Assembly (NCBI GenBank): GCA_963833095.1
Contig: CAWHWQ010000002.1
Span: forward strand, 96,001-160,000
Length of the DNA stretch: 64,000 bases
Direction: 5' to 3'
Source: Vulcanimicrobiota bacterium
GTDB lineage: Bacteria; Vulcanimicrobiota; Vulcanimicrobiia; Vulcanimicrobiales; Vulcanimicrobiaceae
The notes under the pieces were generated by a model, which was not told the DNA's origin, did no database searches, and saw only the letters and a program-made list of their open reading frames with translations. Both the position numbers and the translations under genes were made by a program. Below, one piece after another: positions 1-11,480 of this stretch; position 1 is the first letter of the stretch, and every line of letters starts with the position of its first letter.

Positions 1-32
1 TGACAACCTCATCGTTGCGCATGGCGACTGGC

Positions 33-467
33 TCACCGGCGGTGCAAAGAAACTCGTCGAGGGTTCCTTCGCGTTTCTTTCAACCCCACGATGACGATGA
101 TCGCCACGACGCAAACACCGATCGTGAGAATCCAGATGCTCCACGTGCCAACCCGGTCGATAAGTACGCCGCTCAGCACCGCACCGCCCGAGATTGCAAG
201 ATTCTGCACGAAGCGCTGAAGCGCGCCGGCGGTTCATTGTGCGCTCGCGGGAAACGCCGCCAGCGAAAGGGCGATAACCGGCGTCTGCAGCGCGCCCGTG
301 CCAAAGCCGAAGAGCAACAAACTGATCGTCCACGCGGCAAGCCCCGCGTTGACCTGTAACACGTGCGTGAGCCGCGGTAGGGCGACATTCATCACGCCGG
401 TGTCGAGGGTCGAGATGAAAAATGACAGTGCGGCCGTAGCCACCGCAAGACGTTCGGAAATGCGCAT
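33..467 (-). pseudogene. Degraded MFS (DHA2/EmrB-like) transporter: N-terminal TM1 region joined to C-terminal TMs, in-frame TGA at 234-236
   Basis: ISTLDTGVMNVALPRL (DHA2 motif D1-like) is followed directly by LLLFGFGTG...SAQ*TAGALQRFVQNLAISGG; the frame continues past the TGA to a stop at 33-35; only about 145 codons. Confidence 0.7.
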
Positions 468-490
468 AGGCGGTAACTATACCGCCTATG
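465..490. promoter_or_regulatory. Perfect 11-bp inverted repeat CATAGGCGGTA-acta-TACCGCCTATG covering the MFS start codon and a TATAGT -10 box (operator, or lon terminator hairpin)
   Basis: Inverted repeat seen directly; minus-strand TATAGT at 476-481. Confidence 0.55.
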
Positions 491-520
491 TGCTTCAGCT
501 ATCGGTGAACTATCAGCGAG

Positions 521-2999
<2,479 letters not shown>

Positions 3000-3002
3000 A
3001 TT

Positions 3003-3392
3003 TTACGTTAGCGTCCTCTTCACGATCATACGGATCTCGGTGCGCGTCGCCGGAACGTACGCCGTCGACGAGATGGGAAGCGCGATGACTAATACGCCGT
3101 CGGCGTAGTTGGCGTGCGCATCGCCGAGCAGATCCACCGGCACCGGCAGGCGGATACGCTTGGCAAAGGACCCGTACGTGATCTCTTTTTGGATAAATGA
3201 GCCGCGTCTAAACCGGACCGGCTCGGCCCGGAGGCCGGAGATAGTAAGCGAGCGGTCGTCGATTTCGACCCGCAGGCTATCAGGGTCGGCGCCGGCCACC
3301 TCGACCGCTACCACTACCTGGCCTCGCTCTTCGTCGACCACAACATCGGCATTGGGCTCGAAGCCCAGCCGGGAACGCACGATATACTCCAT
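3003..3392 (-). CDS. Hsp20/alpha-crystallin family small heat-shock protein
   Basis: EPNADV...EITYGSFAKRIRLP...ANYADGVLVIALP; RBS AGGAG; 3 nt upstream of lon. Confidence 0.9.
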   Translation of the reverse strand: MEYIVRSRLGFEPNADVVVDEERGQVVVAVEVAGADPDSLRVEIDDRSLTISGLRAEPVRFRRGSFIQKEITYGSFAKRIRLPVPVDLLGDAHANYADGVLVIALPISSTAYVPATRTEIRMIVKRTLT

Positions 3393-3419
3393 AGCTCCTA
3401 TGTCTCTAGATTCGCAATC

Positions 3420-3446
3420 TTAGCACTCAGTTGCACCGTCTGCTAG
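3420..3446. promoter_or_regulatory. CIRCE (HrcA operator) upstream of hsp20-lon
   Basis: TTAGCACTC-N9-GTCTGCTAG versus consensus TTAGCACTC-N9-GAGTGCTAA. Confidence 0.8.
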
Positions 3447-3564
3447 ACTCCTCCTGGTCGCCTGCCCCAAACTGCCGATCACTTCTACTTAGAGGGTGCC
3501 TTTCGAGACACCCTGGCTTACTCCGTGGCGACCCCGGGCGGGTTTCCGGGTTAGGAACAGGCAC

Positions 3565-4617
3565 ATGCACGTAGCCGTCGTCGACGACCAGGAAGCGTCG
3601 CTCGCTGGCTTCTCGCAGATCCTTCGGCGTATCGCAGACGTCGAACCGATCTGCTTCAAGAAGGCGTCCGACGCCCTGCACTGGATAGGCGGCGTAGACC
3701 CTGCTTTCGTCGTCGTCAACAATACCCTCGCTGATATCCCCGGCGTCGATTTCATCCGTCGCATGCGCCTGGTCGACGGTCGCGCCGGCACGCCGGTCAT
3801 CTTTACCACCGCTAAGTCTGACCGCGATTTGCGGCGCTCCGTGTTCGACCTCGACGTGCACGCCTTCCTCGAAAAGCCGATCAATCCGTCGGAGTTTCTG
3901 GTGCACGCGATGCATATCGTCGATGCGCGCCGCGAACGCGCCGATATGCACGCTCGTCTCCAAGAGGCGGGCACGCGCTCGGCGAGTCCCGTGCCGACGC
4001 GCGAAGCGCCCGACACCAATGCGTTGATCGATGCGATGCTCGATGTTGCCGTGCTGCACGATCCCACGATCGTTGCCCATCACGACCTCTCCTCGCAGCT
4101 TGCCATGGCCCTCGCGCGCGAACTCAAACTCACCGGCGACGAACTCGAAACACTTCGCCTTGCATCGCGCATTTACGACATCGGAAAAGCCGAGATTCCA
4201 CAGCGAATTTTAGAAAGCCGCAATCCGGCCACGCAGGCCGATCGCGTGTCGATCGAGAGGCATGCTGAGGCGGGAACGCGTCTGCTCGCCGGTCGCGACG
4301 ACGCGACCTTGCGCGCCGCGTCGATCATCGCGCAAACGCATCACGAGCGTTACGACGGCTCGGGATATCCGCGCAAGTTGCGCGGCTCGTCGATTCCGAT
4401 CATGGGCCGCATCGTCGCGGTCTCCGATACGATGAGCGCGTTGTTACGGGCACGCGGCGACCGGCCCGCGCTCACGCTCGCGCAAGCGATCGAGGTCGCG
4501 GAAAAAGGCGCCGGCACCCTCTACGATCCAGCGGTAGTCGCTGCGATCCGCGGCAATCTCAACGAAATTTCGCGCATCGCGCACGAAGTTGCGGCTCGGA
4601 GCGCGCAGGCAAGCTAG
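3565..4617 (+). CDS. Response regulator REC + HD-GYP domain protein (degenerate: Asn at the phospho-acceptor position, YD instead of HD)
   Basis: HVAVVDD...VVVNNTLADIPG...FLEKP; IYDIGK; HHERYDGSGYP; RBS AGGA before ATG 3565. Confidence 0.85.
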   Translation: MHVAVVDDQEASLAGFSQILRRIADVEPICFKKASDALHWIGGVDPAFVVVNNTLADIPGVDFIRRMRLVDGRAGTPVIFTTAKSDRDLRRSVFDLDVHAFLEKPINPSEFLVHAMHIVDARRERADMHARLQEAGTRSASPVPTREAPDTNALIDAMLDVAVLHDPTIVAHHDLSSQLAMALARELKLTGDELETLRLASRIYDIGKAEIPQRILESRNPATQADRVSIERHAEAGTRLLAGRDDATLRAASIIAQTHHERYDGSGYPRKLRGSSIPIMGRIVAVSDTMSALLRARGDRPALTLAQAIEVAEKGAGTLYDPAVVAAIRGNLNEISRIAHEVAARSAQAS

Positions 4618-4641
4618 TCCCCCCGGTGGTATTGGGCAGGA

Positions 4642-5955
4642 ATGTCCACGCTTCGACGTCGGCTGAACGTATTCGACCTGACGCTGATTACCATCGGCAG
4701 CATCATCGGTTCGGGCATTTTTCGGAATCCGGCTGTTGTCGCGCAGCGCGCGCACTTGCCGGGCCTCGCGATCGGGTGCTGGATCCTTGGCGGCCTCATC
4801 GCAATGATTGGTGCCTTCGTCTTTGCCGAACTTGCCGAGCGGCGTCCGGCAAACGGCGGTATCTACGCCTATCTCCGCGACGCGTACCATCCGGTCGTCG
4901 CGTTCGTCTTCGGGTGGACGCTCCTGCTCATCGCCGATACCGGCGGTACGGCCGCCTCAGCCGTGCTCTTCGCCGGCTATCTGACGCCTCTCACAGGCTT
5001 ACAGTTCGACCCGCGCATCGTCGCAGTGATCACGCTCGCAGTGCTGGTCACGATCAATTGCCTAGGCGTGCGCGAAGGCGGGACGTGGCAGAACGTTCTC
5101 GTGATCTTAAAGGTCACTGCGATCGTCGGACTAATCGGCGCGGGACTGTTCGCGCACCCGGCTGCCGGCGCAGTGATGACGCTCCCAGGCTTCAGTACGA
5201 ATACCGCCTTGCTCGGAGCGTTCGGCGTTGCAATGCTCCCGGTACTCTTTGCCTACAACGGCTTTCAAGGTGCTACCTACATTACCGGCGAGACGGTGAA
5301 TCCGCAGCGCACGATTCCACGCGGATTGATCTTCGGCGTGCTGGCCGTTATCGCAATCTACGTCTTGGTGAATATCGGGGATCTGCGTGTGCTGGGGCCG
5401 GCTGGACTGGCCGCGACCAAAGTTCCCGCTTCGGACGTAATGCAGGCGGCGCTCGGCCCAATCGGCGCGCGCATCATTGCCATCGCGATCGCACTTTCGA
5501 CGCTCGGCTTCATGAGCACGCGTATGCTGGTAACGCCGCGCGTCTACTTTCAAATGGCTGCCGACGGCGTGTTCTTCAAACAGATCGCCTGGGTTAGCCC
5601 GCGCACCCATGTGCCGACGATCGCGATTATCATTGAGGGCGTCATCGCGGCAATCATCGCCGTCAGCGGGACGTTCGAGCAGATCGTCAACTGGACGGTC
5701 GCACCCGAGTGGATCTTCGTCGTGCTCGCTGCCGGAGCGATCTTCATTTTCCGTAAACGCGACGGCAACGCTGTAAAGCCTGCGTTCCGCGTGCCGCTGC
5801 ATCCGTTCTCGACGATTCTCCTGATGGTCGTACTGCTTGCGATCTTCGTTACCGAGGTGATCCTCGTGCCGCTCGACACGCTCTACGGCACGCTCGTGAT
5901 CATCGCGGGAATTATCTTCTACTATGCCTGGAGGCGTTTTGCCCGAACGGCCTGA
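4642..5955 (+). CDS. APC-family amino acid permease
   Basis: GSIIGSGIF, FAELA, GGIYAYL, FAYNG; about 12 hydrophobic segments. Confidence 0.9.
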   Translation: MSTLRRRLNVFDLTLITIGSIIGSGIFRNPAVVAQRAHLPGLAIGCWILGGLIAMIGAFVFAELAERRPANGGIYAYLRDAYHPVVAFVFGWTLLLIADTGGTAASAVLFAGYLTPLTGLQFDPRIVAVITLAVLVTINCLGVREGGTWQNVLVILKVTAIVGLIGAGLFAHPAAGAVMTLPGFSTNTALLGAFGVAMLPVLFAYNGFQGATYITGETVNPQRTIPRGLIFGVLAVIAIYVLVNIGDLRVLGPAGLAATKVPASDVMQAALGPIGARIIAIAIALSTLGFMSTRMLVTPRVYFQMAADGVFFKQIAWVSPRTHVPTIAIIIEGVIAAIIAVSGTFEQIVNWTVAPEWIFVVLAAGAIFIFRKRDGNAVKPAFRVPLHPFSTILLMVVLLAIFVTEVILVPLDTLYGTLVIIAGIIFYYAWRRFARTA

Positions 5956-7285
5956 CCAACCCCATCTACTGCGACGGCTCGGCGTCCGCGATGCCGCGCT
6001 GATCGTGATGGGCGGCATCGTCGGCTCGGGAATCTTCGTCAACCCCTCGGTTGTCGCGCGTTTGGTGCATACACCGTTTTTTGTGATGCTCGCCTGGACG
6101 ATCGGCGGAGTCATCGCGATCATCGGTGCCGGCGTCTTCGCCGAGCTTGCGGCGCGGCGCGCGCACGACGGCGGCGTGTACGCCTACCTGCGCGATGCCT
6201 ATCACCCGGTTGTCGCCTTCTGTTACGGATGGACGTTGCTGCTCGTTTCGCAAAGCGGCGGCGCGGCTGCGTCGGCGGTCACGTTTGCGTTCTATCTTCC
6301 CGCGATCACCGGCATCACGCTCAATGCCGTGCAAGCAACGATCGTTGCCGTCATCGTGCTCGGTGTGTTCACCGTGGTAAATTGCTTCGGCGTCCGCGAA
6401 AGCACGACGACACAAAATGGCTTCATGCTCGCCAAGATCGTCGCAATCGGCGCGGTGATCGTCGTCGGAGTCTTCGCCGCGCATGCCGCGTCAGGCCAAG
6501 GCGCGCCACTGCTGCCGTCCGATTTCAATCCGCTCGTCGCGATTGGGCTTTCACTCGTTCCGGTGATGTTCGCGTACAGCGGGTGGCAAACGTCGACGTT
6601 CATGGCCGGCGAGACACGCGATTCGAATCGCTCGCTCCCGATCGGCATCCTGCTCGGTGTCCTTGGCGTAATCGTGCTCTATCTCGGCATGAACGCCGTC
6701 TGCCTCTACGTTTTGGGGCCGGCACGGCTTGCGGCAACGATGACGCCCGCCTCGGATATCGTACAAGCCGTGGTTGGCCCGCTGGGCGCGAAGATCATGG
6801 CGAGCATCGTTGCGCTTTCAACGCTCGGCTTTATCGCCAATCAAATCCTTACCTCGCCGCGCGTCTACTTTCAAATGGCGTCCGACGGCACATTCTTCAA
6901 ACAACTAGCCTGGATTAGTCCACGTACGCACGTTCCCGTGATTGCCATTGCGGTGCAAGGGGCCGCAGCGATTTTGATTGCCTGCTCGGGACGTTATGAC
7001 CTCATTCTCAACTGGGTCACCAGCATCGACTACGTCTTCTTCGGCTTTTCAGCGCTGGCGATCTTCATTTTTCGCCGCCGCGACCATGCGCTCGGCGCAC
7101 CCGAGCCATGGTTTGTGATCCCGCTCCATCCGTGGAGTACGTTGCTTTTTCTGGTGGTGGCTTGGGGAATCGTGATCGATGTGGTCCTAAAGTCACCCAA
7201 AGACGCATCCTTCGGCATCGCCGTGCTCTTGACCGGAATCCCGGTCTATTATGCCTTTCGTCGCATGAAACGAGCGCCTGGGTAA
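5939..7285 (+). CDS. APC-family amino acid permease (paralog of upstream gene)
   Basis: GGIVGSGIF, GGVYAYLRDAYHP, FAYSGW; probable TTG start at 5939 after GGAGG. Confidence 0.9.
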   Translation: MPERPDQPHLLRRLGVRDAALIVMGGIVGSGIFVNPSVVARLVHTPFFVMLAWTIGGVIAIIGAGVFAELAARRAHDGGVYAYLRDAYHPVVAFCYGWTLLLVSQSGGAAASAVTFAFYLPAITGITLNAVQATIVAVIVLGVFTVVNCFGVRESTTTQNGFMLAKIVAIGAVIVVGVFAAHAASGQGAPLLPSDFNPLVAIGLSLVPVMFAYSGWQTSTFMAGETRDSNRSLPIGILLGVLGVIVLYLGMNAVCLYVLGPARLAATMTPASDIVQAVVGPLGAKIMASIVALSTLGFIANQILTSPRVYFQMASDGTFFKQLAWISPRTHVPVIAIAVQGAAAILIACSGRYDLILNWVTSIDYVFFGFSALAIFIFRRRDHALGAPEPWFVIPLHPWSTLLFLVVAWGIVIDVVLKSPKDASFGIAVLLTGIPVYYAFRRMKRAPG

Positions 7286-7382
7286 GGCCGGCTCGCCCGC
7301 TTGACGGCCCCTTTACATGGACGCGGCAAAAGGTTTTCCCCACGATAATCTGCCGTAGCGAAAAAATGGGCACACTAGTCCT

Positions 7383-8372
7383 ATGTACCGCGTGGTTATC
7401 GTCGACGACGACGAGGCGACCCTCAAACTCTACGCTGCCGTCATCAAGCGCGTCCTAGGCGAAACACCGATCGCCTTTAGCGATCCGCACGTGGCCCTGA
7501 GCGAGCTCGAGCGGCTACGCCCTGCCCTCGTGATCGTGGATTACTTCATGCCCGAGATGGATGGTATCGCGTTCACCCAGGAGCTGCGCTCCCAGCCGGC
7601 CCATGAGTTCACGCCGATCCTCATGCTGACCGCCAATAGCGATCGTGCGCTCGGTCCGCGCGCTCTTGATGCGGGCGCCACCACGTTCGTCGAAAAGCCG
7701 ATTTCGCTCAAAGATTTCACGGCGCAGCTTCGCCGGTTTGCAATTGCGCAAACGGCAAGCCGTTCGACCTACGGCGAGGTCATGCCGACCGACGAACGCG
7801 ATACGATCGACCGCCTCCATCGAACGATGCGCTCGTACAATCGCGAGCTGGCCGATCACGCAGAACAAGTTCGCGACGTCGCCGTAGCGATCGCCGATGA
7901 AATGCGGGTACCCGCCAGCGAGATCGAAATGCTGCGCTCGGCTGCGTTGGTTTACGATATCGGCATGGTGTCGGTCCCGGAACGCGTTCGGACGATGCCC
8001 TCGGCACTGCCGATGCGCTGGCGCAGCATCGTGAATAGCCATGTCGACGTCGGCGCTTCGATTCTCGGTGGCGCGACGCGACCGCTGTTGCGTGCCGCGG
8101 AAGCCGTCGCGCGTTTTCACCACGAGCGCTACGACGGCACCGGTTATCCAGAAGGGCTCACCGGTGACGAAATTCCTCTGCTTGCTCGCATCGTCGCAGT
8201 GGCCGACACGTTTATCGCGCTCACGTCTGAGCGCCCGCACCGTATCGAGTTCACGCAGACGAACGCCGTTGCGCAGATCCGCGCCGAGCGCGGGAAGGCT
8301 TTCGATCCGAATGTGGTCGAGGCGTTTACTCGACTAGAAGACCGCCTCAGCGACTTCCGCCGTTCAGCTTAG
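7383..8372 (+). CDS. Response regulator REC + HD-GYP domain protein (intact REC Asp; YD instead of HD)
   Basis: VIVDDD, VDYFMPEMDG, FVEKP; VYDIG; HHERYDGTGYP. Confidence 0.88.
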   Translation: MYRVVIVDDDEATLKLYAAVIKRVLGETPIAFSDPHVALSELERLRPALVIVDYFMPEMDGIAFTQELRSQPAHEFTPILMLTANSDRALGPRALDAGATTFVEKPISLKDFTAQLRRFAIAQTASRSTYGEVMPTDERDTIDRLHRTMRSYNRELADHAEQVRDVAVAIADEMRVPASEIEMLRSAALVYDIGMVSVPERVRTMPSALPMRWRSIVNSHVDVGASILGGATRPLLRAAEAVARFHHERYDGTGYPEGLTGDEIPLLARIVAVADTFIALTSERPHRIEFTQTNAVAQIRAERGKAFDPNVVEAFTRLEDRLSDFRRSA

Positions 8373-8839
8373 GCGCGTACCTTTTCGAGCAGCTCCTCGA
8401 GGCGCCGCATCCCTTCGTCGTAGCCCGCCTTTGCGCCGCCCTCCATCATCCCGTCGCGCTCGGCTTGCGTGTCGAAGAGTTGATGGGCCGTGAGCGTCGT
8501 GCGACCGTCGCGCTCTTGCAGCGTGTGCGTCGCTCGGCTAACGTGCCCGGGATAGCCCTCGTATTCGAAGGTCATAACGACGCGCTCGGGTTTAACGATG
8601 TCGATGTACTCTCCGTTGAAGGCGTGCAGCGTTCCGTCCGGCTCGTATTGTAAGAAACGCCACTTACCGCCCGGATGAAAGTTCATCGCATCGATCACCG
8701 TACGGAGACGCGCCGGACCCCACCAATTCGGGATGTGCTTTGGGTCGTACATGACTTCCCACACGAGCGCGCGTGGCGCATTGAAGGTGTACTCGAAGAC
8801 CAACTCCCGGTCGGAGGGTAGCGTATGCGTCGTCATCAT
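8369..8839 (-). CDS. SRPBCC/AHSA1-like domain protein
   Basis: RELVFEYTFNAPRALVW...WWGP...PGGKWRF...PERVVMTF. Confidence 0.85.
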   Translation of the reverse strand: MMTTHTLPSDRELVFEYTFNAPRALVWEVMYDPKHIPNWWGPARLRTVIDAMNFHPGGKWRFLQYEPDGTLHAFNGEYIDIVKPERVVMTFEYEGYPGHVSRATHTLQERDGRTTLTAHQLFDTQAERDGMMEGGAKAGYDEGMRRLEELLEKVRA

Positions 8840-9225
8840 ACGCTTGCCTTTCGTGCGAAGAGTGGGGCAAATTGCGCGCGGATCGGCCACGCGGTGAGAA
8901 ACCAGAGAATTAGCGCGAAGATCGGCATCGGTAACCCTGCCGGCTGCATCGTGAAGTGGAAGGTGAAGATGTTTGCGAACACCGCGCCGAGCACGACGAC
9001 CGCGAGCGGAACGTATTGATCGGTTAGGAGCAGCAAGCCGCAGATGAGCTGCGCGCCGAAGATCAATACATAGAAGTGTGATGTAAAGAGGATCGTTGTG
9101 AATTGCACGACGAGGCTGTCGGGCGACATCGGCGGCTGCGGAATGAAGTGAAAGAAGCCATTCAACCCAAAGATGGTAAACATCAGGCCGAGCAGAATGC
9201 GCGCGACCATCGAAACGATCTTCAT
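8836..9225 (-). CDS. DoxX-like membrane protein
   Basis: ARILLGLMFTIFGLNGFFHFIP; 4 TM segments; ATGA overlaps with neighbours. Confidence 0.7.
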   Translation of the reverse strand: MKIVSMVARILLGLMFTIFGLNGFFHFIPQPPMSPDSLVVQFTTILFTSHFYVLIFGAQLICGLLLLTDQYVPLAVVVLGAVFANIFTFHFTMQPAGLPMPIFALILWFLTAWPIRAQFAPLFARKASV

Positions 9226-9707
9226 GCCGACACCGTCGCCTTCACGCCGTTCAAATAGGCGCCGAGACTATCGAGGAGATGCGCGGAACCTTGCTCGCGA
9301 TCTTCGGGCGTTGCATAGCCATCCAGATACACCGCGTGCTCGGTAAAATTCATCTGGGTGCGCTCGCCCTGCGGATGCAATTCGATCGTCGCGAGCGAGA
9401 CCGAGATGCGTTTGTCGTTGACGTACATGTCATAGAGATACACCACGCGACGATCCTCGACGATGTCGAGATAGGTTGCCTGAAAATCCGAGGTTGTCCC
9501 GTCAAGCCACGCGCCCTTAGCCCGTTCGCGGCCACCGACGCGAAAGTCGAATTCACGCGCGAGCGGCTTCCACTGTCCCTCAGGGCCGCCGAACCACTTG
9601 GCTTTTTCGTCGGCATTGGAAAGCGCACTGAAAACCCGGTGCGCCGGAGCGTCGTACGTGCGCTCGATGGTGAACGTGAAGTGCTGCGTTAGCGGTGCGT
9701 CGGTCAC
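9222..9707 (-). CDS. SRPBCC/AHSA1-like domain protein
   Basis: FTIERTYDAP...EFDFRVGGRE...YLDIVEDRRVVY; GTG start overlaps ArsR stop. Confidence 0.85.
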   Translation of the reverse strand: MTDAPLTQHFTFTIERTYDAPAHRVFSALSNADEKAKWFGGPEGQWKPLAREFDFRVGGRERAKGAWLDGTTSDFQATYLDIVEDRRVVYLYDMYVNDKRISVSLATIELHPQGERTQMNFTEHAVYLDGYATPEDREQGSAHLLDSLGAYLNGVKATVSA

Positions 9708-10048
9708 GATTGGTCCTTCTTTCTCTGCAGTTCGCGCAGGTAGTCGCCCAGGCGGTCGAAGCTCTCTTCCCAGAAGCGGCGGTGTTCTTCCATCCACTCC
9801 GCGAGCGGCCGCAAACCACGCGGGTCCGCCCGGTAAAACGTATTGCGGCCGTCTTTTCGGCCCAGCACCAGCCGCGCGTCGAGCAGTGCTTTGAGGTGTT
9901 GCGAAACCGCGGGCTGGGAAACCCCGGCATACTCGGTGAGCGTCCGCACGGTCGCTTCGCGCTTGGTGATGATCCGTTCGTAAATCGCTCGCCGGGTGGG
10001 GTCGGAAAGCGTACGCATGACGGAATCGATCGGCTGGGCAGCGGCCAC
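9704..10048 (-). CDS. ArsR/SmtB family transcriptional regulator
   Basis: LSDPTRRAI...VSQPAVSQHLKAL...GRNTFY; typical ArsR-SRPBCC operon. Confidence 0.9.
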   Translation of the reverse strand: MAAAQPIDSVMRTLSDPTRRAIYERIITKREATVRTLTEYAGVSQPAVSQHLKALLDARLVLGRKDGRNTFYRADPRGLRPLAEWMEEHRRFWEESFDRLGDYLRELQRKKDQS

Positions 10049-10055
10049 AGCCAAA

Positions 10056-10085
10056 AGGATAAGTCTTTGCTTATGTATATGTCAA
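10056..10085 (-). promoter_or_regulatory. Sigma70-type promoter (TTGACA-18-TATCCT) with overlapping ATAAG-N6-CTTAT palindrome (putative ArsR operator)
   Basis: TGTCAA at 10080-10085, AGGATA at 10056-10061, palindrome at 10059-10074. Confidence 0.65.
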
Positions 10086-10144
10086 GCGGGGCCGCCCCCG
10101 CCGCGGCGAAGGGTGACCGGCATCATCGCCCGATGGAGGAGTTC

Positions 10145-10480
10145 ATGGTCGAGACCTCTCCCAGCACAAACGACAAAATCGCCGCGATGGCCATACATAT
10201 CGCCGGGATTTTCGTTGGATTCATCCCCTCGCTGATCGTGTATCTCGCCGTCACCGGCAACCCGTGGCTCAAAGAGCAGGCACGTAACGCGCTCAACTTT
10301 CAGCTCACGCTGTTGATCGCATACATCATCGGATGCGCTCTGACGTTCGTGTTGATCGGTGCCTTCGTGCTATTTGCGGTCTGGCTCGCCAACAGCGTCT
10401 TTTCGATCATCGCGGCGGTGAAAGCCAATCAGGGCGAGACCTACAAGTACCCGCTCACCATCGAACTCGTCAAGGCGTAA
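10145..10480 (+). CDS. DUF4870-like small membrane protein
   Basis: KEQARNALNFQLT...AAVKANQGETYKYPLTI; RBS GGAGG. Confidence 0.8.
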   Translation: MVETSPSTNDKIAAMAIHIAGIFVGFIPSLIVYLAVTGNPWLKEQARNALNFQLTLLIAYIIGCALTFVLIGAFVLFAVWLANSVFSIIAAVKANQGETYKYPLTIELVKA

Positions 10481-11480
10481 AGAGCGCGTCCCACTCAGAC
10501 CGAGCGATGCGCAGTTCGTCCTCTTTGAGGTCTTTGAGCGGCGTCAGCGTGAGCTTTTCACGCTCGCACAAATCGGGCACGCCGGTGTCGACGAAAAGCA
10601 GACCGGTGACGAACTCGCCACGGTCGCGCGTCTCGTGGATCATTGAAAGTGCGCCGATACGGCTGGTGGCGTCGTAGTCGCGATCGACTTTGCGTAGGAG
10701 CACGTGCGAGCCATCCTCCAGCTCGATGTCTTGCATCGTGCCCGGCTCGTAGTCGACCGTAATCTCTTCGCGCGGGCGAATGAAATCGGGCGCGTTGAGC
10801 GTCACGTCGTGATCCTTCACGTACGCGTAGCTCTTGGTCGAGCCTTCGTGATCGTTGAACGTGACGCACGGGCTGATGATATCGATGATCGACGTGCCGC
10901 GATGGGCAAATGCTGCTTGCAGCAGCGGAACGAGCTGCTTGCCGTCGCCCGAGAAGGAGCGCGCAACGAAGGTCGCGCCAAGCTCGATCGCAAGGCCGCA
11001 AACGTCGATCGTCGCGTACTCGTTGGGCGTACCGTTCTTGAGCGTTGAGCCGACGTCGGCGGTCGCCGAAAACTGTCCTTTGGTCAAGCCATAGACGCCG
11101 TTATTCTCGATGATGTACACGCAATCGACGTTGCGGCGAACCATATGCGCGTACTGTCCAAGCCCGATGCTCGCCGTGTCGCCGTCACCGCTGATGCCGA
11201 GCACCACCATCTCGCGGTTGGCGAGCTTGGCGCCGGTGGCTGCGGAAGGCATGCGGCCATGCACCCCGTTGAAACCGTGCGCCTGCTCGACGAAGTAGGC
11301 CGGCGTCTTCGAAGAGCAACCGATCCCGCTCATCTTCGCGAGCAGATGCGGCGCTACACCGTACTCGTACAATGCTTTGATCAGGTGATTGGTAATCGAG
11401 TTGTGGCCGCAGCCCGCGCACAACGTGGTCGGCAGACCCTTATACACCTCGCGCGTGAGGCCGACGATATTGACGGTCAT
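10470..11480 (-). CDS. korB: 2-oxoacid:ferredoxin oxidoreductase beta subunit
   Basis: LCAGCG, SGIGCS, HGR, GDGD...ENNGVYGLTKGQ TPP-binding motif. Confidence 0.9.
   Translation of the reverse strand: MTVNIVGLTREVYKGLPTTLCAGCGHNSITNHLIKALYEYGVAPHLLAKMSGIGCSSKTPAYFVEQAHGFNGVHGRMPSAATGAKLANREMVVLGISGDGDTASIGLGQYAHMVRRNVDCVYIIENNGVYGLTKGQFSATADVGSTLKNGTPNEYATIDVCGLAIELGATFVARSFSGDGKQLVPLLQAAFAHRGTSIIDIISPCVTFNDHEGSTKSYAYVKDHDVTLNAPDFIRPREEITVDYEPGTMQDIELEDGSHVLLRKVDRDYDATSRIGALSMIHETRDRGEFVTGLLFVDTGVPDLCEREKLTLTPLKDLKEDELRIARSEWDALFTP

Noticed and set aside
234..236. In-frame TGA as selenocysteine or stop-codon recoding (also TAA/TAG at 21167 and 21074)
   Set aside because: Three different stop codons in apparently decayed genes; all three codons end conserved genes normally in this window; context is not a redox site
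4642..7285. Frameshifted double-length APC permease
   Set aside because: Each half is full length and the second has its own GGAGG plus TTG start
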